From Octopus vulgaris (taxonomy: Eukaryota): a stretch of 64,000 nucleotides of DNA. The stretch's first letter is position 1. Every line of letters starts with the position of its first letter. The stretch is taken from NCBI GenBank assembly GCA_951406725.2, contig OX597821.1, positions 95,356,001-95,420,000 on the forward strand, read 5' to 3'. The notes beneath the pieces were generated by a model. It ran no database searches. It saw only the letters and a program-made list of their open reading frames with translations, and had not been told where the DNA came from. The translations under genes were made by a program, and so were the position numbers. This document shows, piece by piece, positions 57,750-64,000 of the stretch.

Positions 57750-58680
57750 CTAGCTGGATCTTGGCCTTACTTGGTGTTTTTCATTGCGGTTAACATCTCC
57801 TTTATTAGTATTTAGGTGTATATGTTCACTAGATCCAGTAGGTGGATTATTGAACCTTTGTTGCATTTTACTTTTGTTTATGCGATGCATAAGCTGCTCT
57901 AAATTAGCAGAGTTAGTGCAGGATATCTTCACGGTGTGTCGATTAAAAATAGCATGATACCGATTAGATTTTGGAAAACATTTGTTCCAAAGCAGCTAGA
58001 AATTTTCCAGCGATCTTGGTTGAAACATGCGAACCGAAAATCGGGCTGAACTAGAGGGCATCCTGATTCTTAGATCTGTTGTTTAGCTTTATTTGATCGA
58101 GTGTGTTATATAGGATTAGAACAATTTACGGTGTTACAAACAGTTGGGTTATTATGTCGCATGTGTCTATGAGTTTCCGTTGGTAGTTCATTGTCTTGAC
58201 CAATTCTTCATGGCCTGAGTTCTCAAACCGTGACGTTGTGATGGTGTACAATGTGTAGTACAATTGGAGGAATTACCAGTGTTGTGTATGCCTCCTTGTT
58301 GTATACATTGAATATTTTCACGATACCCAGCCCTAGCTAAAGCAGCATTACAATATGTTGCATGTGATTCGAAAATTTTATAATTAGCGGATAATCTAGA
58401 GATTATCCGCTAATAATTATTATCGAGGGTCGATGGTTGGATGCTACACTAATGTACTTAGTATGATCATTTGACTTATGAACTGGTTCAAATAATCCAG
58501 TATCAAAACAAAAGGTTGCGTCAAGAAAATTCGCTCAACGATAATCCTTTCCCATAGTAATATTTAGTCCTAAATTTTTTTTTAATCTAAAGAAATTCTT
58601 CCTGTGCCTTTCTAATTGTTCCTTACTACCTCTGTCCAGATAATATAAGGCGTCATCCCTATATATACACATGGCCGGCC
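57750..58680 (-). pseudogene. Second Penelope-like RT remnant (YRDD type), heavily decayed
   Basis: IYRDDAL...EQLERHRK...LGLNIT, YISVASNHRP, RLSAN and FPKSNRYHAIFNRHTVKISC. Confidence 0.75.
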
Positions 58681-58971
58681 CTAGGGTTGCTGGCGCACCG
58701 GGCAAGTTGAACTTCGGTGTGTACAAGGTGAGGCTATAATAGAAGATACTTGTACAGGGTACCGTTCAGTGGGACTGAACGCAAGCCCAGACGGTTCGAA
58801 TGCAAACTTCTCAACAGCTCAGGTAAGCCGTGTTTGTAGGTATTTTTACAGAGAAGAAAGTAAGTTTCGAACACGGTATATAATTGTGAAAAGACCCGAA
58901 GAAGATTGAATATTTACGTTTAGATGTCGAAAAAAGTTACCAGTATATATGTATCTATATAATACACACAC

Positions 58972-59280
58972 GGAGGTGCAATGGTCTAGTGGTCAGGGCA
59001 GCGGACTCGCGGTCGCAGGATCGCGGTTTCGATTCCCAGACCGGGCGTTGTGTGTGTTTATTGAGCGAAAACACCTAAAAGCTCCACGAGGCTCCGGCAG
59101 GGGGTGGTGATCCCTGCTGTACTCTTTCACCACCCTTTCTCCCACTCTTTCTTCTGTTGGCCTGCTCACTTAGCCAACAGGGTGGCGTCATTTCAAGGCT
59201 AAAACAAGGCGAAGCGCATTGTGACCAGCGATGTGTAACAACATCTGATAGCCTGGTCGGTCACGGTGATCACGGTGATA
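58972..59280 (+). mobile_element. SINE family C head with alternative tail
   Basis: Same head as 60181 up to ctctttcaccac, then a different 3' region. Flanked by taatacacacac direct repeats (TSD-like). Confidence 0.8.
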
Positions 59281-60180
59281 ATACACACACACACACATAT
59301 ATAGGCGCAGGAGTGTCCGTGTGGTAAGAAGATTGCTTCCCAACTTCAGTCACACTGCGTGGCACCTTGGGTAAGTGTCTTCTACTATAGCCTCGGGCAG
59401 ACCAAAGCCTTGTGAGTGGATCTGGTAGATGGAAACTGAAAAAAGCTTGTCGTATGTATGTATGTATGTATGTATGTATGTATGTATGTATGTATGTATG
59501 TATGTATGTATGTATGTATGTATGTATGTATGTATGTATGTATGTATGTATGTATGTATGTATGTATGTATGTATGTATGTATGTATGTATGTATGTATG
59601 TATGTATGTATGTATGTATGTATGTATGTATTTGTGTGTCTGTGTTTATCCTCCCACCATCGCTTGACAATCGATGTTGGTGTGTTTACGTCTCCGTAAA
59701 TTAGCGGTTCGGCAACGGAGACCGATCAAATAAGTACTATTCTTATAAAGAATAAGTCCCGGGTTCAGTTTGTTCGGCTAAAGGCGGTGCTCCAGCTTGG
59801 CCACAGTCAAATTACCGAGACAAGTATAAAAGAATAAAAGAATACACACATGCTTATGTGTAAGTATATACACGAACATGCACACATCTATGTATAGTTA
59901 TGTTAATAGGAAACAGCATTTCTGTCAAACATGTTATATTGAAAACACGACAACTCTGCGACGCCATTGTTCCAAACCAAACAGAATGCTCTAACAAAGA
60001 AATATGAAAAATAAATCTTTAATAATAATAATAATAATAATAAATAATTTTAACAGTCATGTTTAATGTATGTGTGTGTGTTTTCGTGTGAGTCAGACAC
60101 TCTATTCTTTCAGCCCTAACCTTTCAAATGCAACTTTTAAGAAGAACTCTGTTCAGCTTGGGTTAGCAGTAGAATGTTGT

Positions 60181-60561
60181 GGAGGCGCAATGGCCCAGTG
60201 GTTAGGGCAGCGGACTCGCGGTCGTAGGATCGCGGTTTCGATTCCCAGACCGGGCGTTGTGAGTGTTTATTGAGCGAAAACACCTAAAAGCTCCACGAGG
60301 CTCCGGCAGGGGGTGGTGGCGAACCCTGCTGTACTCTTTCACCACAACTTTCTCTCACTCTTACTTCCTGTTTCTGTTGTACCTGTATTTCAAGGGGCCG
60401 ACCTTGTCACTCTCTGTGTCACGCTGAATATCCCCTTGAACTACGTTAAGGGTACATGTGTCTGTGGAGTGCTCAGCCACTTACACGTTAATTTCACGAG
60501 CAGGCTGTTCCGTTGATCGGATCAACTGGAACCCTCGTCGTCGTAACCGACGGAGTGCTTC
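60181..60561 (+). mobile_element. tRNA-headed SINE family C, full length with TSD
   Basis: A box TGGCCCAGTGG and B box GGTTTCGATTCC. 13-bp TSD agcagtagaatgt at 60165-60177 and 60563-60575. Confidence 0.9.
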
Positions 60562-60688
60562 CAGCAGTAGAATGTGTATATTATTATTTGACTAGCTTTG
60601 CTAGATATTCACATCTCCTTCAAGAAACTTCATACCCATTCAACTGCTTTAATTTATTTATTAATATTATTATTATTATTATTATTAT

Positions 60689-61247
60689 TGAGTGAGAGAG
60701 CAGTGCATGCCATCAAAGTGACACTGGGGTAAAATATACGAAGCCCAGTATACCCATCATGACTACCCGTCTGATAAGGGTACACCAGGCACATGCATCA
60801 CAACCATATGTGCGCAATATGGTGATCTCATATCAAGATAAACAGCACATGACCTTGCAGGTGGGGCCCAGTTAGAATTTTCTTCTAGTCGAGTAACCCA
60901 TCCCACTCAAAAGGTCCTTGAATAAGGGTTATTTAAGGATGTTAAATGAAACACCCATGTTTCCAAAGGTGAATTATTCAAACCCCAAAGAATCCCTCTC
61001 AACACATGGCTATGATGCTCCCCCACTACTTCTGCTCGTGATCAGAGATGCACATATCGTTCGTCAGCCACTAAGGGACATGCTCAACTGGTTAAAGTCA
61101 AACAACTGACAAGCAAATCTGTGGTATTGAGCAGAATATTTGCTGTAGCCCGTCTTTTATACCAAGACAAAACAATGTACATGATAACACTTCCAATCAG
61201 TTAAGATCAGAAGCCATGAGAGCCACTGCCTGGTACTGCATCAGGGC
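60689..61247 (-). mobile_element. Second copy of the (TAA)n-embedded ~555-bp element
   Basis: Matches 44474-45027. Confidence 0.8.
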
Positions 61248-61574
61248 ATTTATTATTATTATTATTATTATTTGTATTTTTTAAATACAGACCATATCGT
61301 CCGGGAGATAATTCCGCCCTGTATGCATGTTTCGTTTTTGATTAAGTTTAGAATCAAATCTCCTTCAATAAACTTCCCACTATAAATGAAATAAACATTG
61401 GAGGTGTTTTTACCTGTGCAGAGAAACTACAGGAGCTACTTTGGAGGTATTGTAAGCTCTGTTTCTGAATCCGTCGCAAAGTTGAAAACTCATCTGTATC
61501 ATCGACAAGTATCTCAGAGTGACTAGCGTTTCACCTGTACGCTTCGCCTGAGCGGGATAACGAGAACTGAACTA

Positions 61575-62096
61575 CCGTAAATCCTCGAGGATAAACCGCA
61601 TTTTACCCCAAAAAATTTAAAGGTCAAAATCCCTAGTGCGTATTATACACGAGGTTAAAAATGAAAATTATTTTCTAAGCATTTTCCGAGTCTCTATTTG
61701 CTGTCCGGCAATGTTTATTCAGACGCATTTTGTGATGTCGGGCGCGAAAATACCTTAAGCTAAGCCTGAAAGCAATTAAGTCATAAAAGAATCCTCCATA
61801 ACTTGCAGTAAGCAACATTTATTAAAATATAAGTATTCAGAACACAGAATAACATATAACAAAAGCAATTTACAAACATATTTACATTCCCATATAACAG
61901 TTAAGAACATCACCATTATTGTATTACACATGCACAGAAGTGTTTGTTCGACTAGGTGCTGCTGGCTTAATTACGCACGACTCAAGTTAGAGAAGGGGTG
62001 CGTATTATACACAAGGCTTAGGTTTTTCAGAGGTACAGCCCCTAAAAATTCCCTGCGTATTATACTCAAGGGCGGACTATACTCGAGGATTTACGG
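61575..62096. mobile_element. MITE of Tc1/mariner-pogo type
   Basis: TIR ccgtaaatcctcgag / ctcgaggatttacgg, TA TSD on both sides, internal repeated tgcgtattatac motif. Confidence 0.88.
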
Positions 62097-62417
62097 TAAT
62101 CTTCGCCTGCTAAAAATTACCACACACACATTCATACACATTTTTGAACATTCCCTTCTACATTTTAGGCGACTCCTCCAGTCTAAATCAGTAACTAATT
62201 TATTCCTCCCATTATAGATAAGAGAAACACTTTTTACCTACCAACGTAACGTTATTCAGACCGGATTTTAAAAACATACTTTATACAACGTGGAATTTCG
62301 CTTACTCGGTTATGGCTGAAATTAACAGCACCACCACCGGCATACATACATACATACATACATACATACATACATACATACATACATACATACATACATA
62401 CATACATACATACATAC

Positions 62418-62793
62418 CTTTATTCTCTAGAAAAACGACGACGCCGTGGTGATCTCATTCTTGCTCACAACATCATAAGCGGAAAGTGTAAACTCTCGAA
62501 AGAGCTGTTCTTCACTCCTGCTCCAGAGCGTCGGCTGCGGGGTCATTCCGAAAAGCTCTATCTGCGACGATTTCATCTCAATCGAAGGAGAGGGGCTTTC
62601 TCCGTCCGGGTTGCAGATCCGTGGAATAAGCTGCCGGACGAGAGGGTGAAGATGCCGACGACCGCTCGGTTCAAAGTCTCCCTTGACCACAAGTGGCCTG
62701 AACTCTTTACATGAGCACCATCCTGTACATAACTCCATGTCCCTCTACATGGCCTTGCTTTTTGCTTTTTGAGCCAAAAATTAACTAACTAAC
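62418..62793 (+). pseudogene. CR1-clade LINE 3' end
   Basis: Open frame 62418-62714: [14 protein letters not shown]...RLRGHSEKL...FSVRVADPWNKLP...FKVSLD, followed by a short 3' UTR and (TAAC)n tail. Confidence 0.9.
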
Positions 62794-63274
62794 ATACATA
62801 CATACATATATACATACATACATACATAGATACATAGATACATACATACATACATACATACAAGGCATTGTATTAGAGAACGATACCGACTTGATGATAT
62901 CCGACCGACCTAATGATATCCGTGATCGACGAAATTGTGAGAGAACAAGTAGTTCAAATCCACGCTTCCAACTTTTGGACAATAAATGCCTCGCTATATT
63001 GTGCCGCAGTAACTGCGCACCAACAGATAAAATTAAGCGCGCGCGGACCAAAGGATAATATTGAACAAAAATGGATTATACACAGTGTATTTTTAGTTGT
63101 TCTCTCTGAATAAAAGTTGAAATGGTCACACCTGGCTGCATTTGATCATATGTATGTTTGATCAAGGTAGATTTGGGTGTAAACAACATTAAAACCAGGT
63201 TAAGAAATACGGCAGCTACAGCTGCCATATTACAAGACAATATATTTCGTCATGCATTGCTTATTACTGGTATT

Positions 63275-63510
63275 AACATTTGTATAATATAACATTTGTA
63301 TAATACCTATATAATATAGAATACCTATATAATACATTTGTATAATACCTATAAAATATAACATTTGTATAATACCTATATAATATAGAATACCTATATA
63401 ATATAGAATACCTATATAATACATTTGTATAATACCTATATGATATAGAATACCTATATAATACATTTGTATAATACCTATAAAAAAAAACATTTTGTAT
63501 AATACATTTT
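63275..63510 (+). repeat. AT-rich minisatellite (acatttgtataatacctata / atatagaatacctata units)
   Basis: Direct inspection. Confidence 0.9.
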
Positions 63511-64000
63511 GAATATTCGACAAGGACCTGGATGAAAAATAATCTGCGTACTAACAATGGTTTTCAGATGAGAAGGTTTTCTGAATGAAACCTGAGAATG
63601 ACTGGAAGTGCAGTCTATCATGGACTCTGTGATCGTTACATCATGTCTAGTACTACATCTGAGTTCAAAATTTTGTAATCCAGGTCCATAAGAACATTTG
63701 ATACGCAGAAAAATAAATGACTATATCCCTGACTGACACACAAACTCTCCAAACAGTTTTGACTCCTTTCTCCCTTTCCTACTCCACTGCCATTTCAGAT
63801 GCTTGGGATGAATATCAAACCGATAAGTTTCAGTGCGTTATATCTCATCAGGGATCACTAACACAATTCAGCTCTTTCTACTGTACTCTAATATCTGAAC
63901 CTTCTGTGCTTGGAATTACATGATTGGTAGGAGATTTGCCAGTTTTGTGCGAAAGAGATATATAAGTGGCTGTGTGGTAAAGTAGCTTGCTTACTAACCA

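Noticed and set aside
60181-60255. tRNA gene
   Set aside because: A and B boxes are present, but it continues into a SINE body with TSD and has dispersed copies; there is no proper acceptor stem.

Overview
This is eukaryotic, AT-rich animal genomic DNA dominated by microsatellites and transposons. The SINE, Penelope, mariner and Helitron repertoire suggests a cephalopod (Octopus-like) genome; that is an inference, not a database result. Almost all long ORFs in the supplied track are microsatellite artefacts. Supportable coding remnants are: a decayed Penelope-like element (RT YLDD + Cys linker + GIY-YIG, 36-38.8 kb), a second YRDD-type Penelope-like RT remnant, a Helitron PIF1 helicase remnant with an intact 3' end, several mariner transposase pseudogenes, and CR1, RTE, R4/Dong and ORF1-like LINE fragments. 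Three abundant tRNA-headed SINE families are also present. One candidate host coding exon (102 aa, unknown protein, 53257-53565) follows a strong splice acceptor. The most interesting signal, absent from the ORF track, is about ten type I hammerhead-ribozyme motifs from several unrelated sequence families. Three have canonical cores (1434-1527, 36166-36210, 57389-57476) and the rest are variant or decayed. Almost all have a short palindromic helix III, and their carrier modules mostly end against (TA)n microsatellites.
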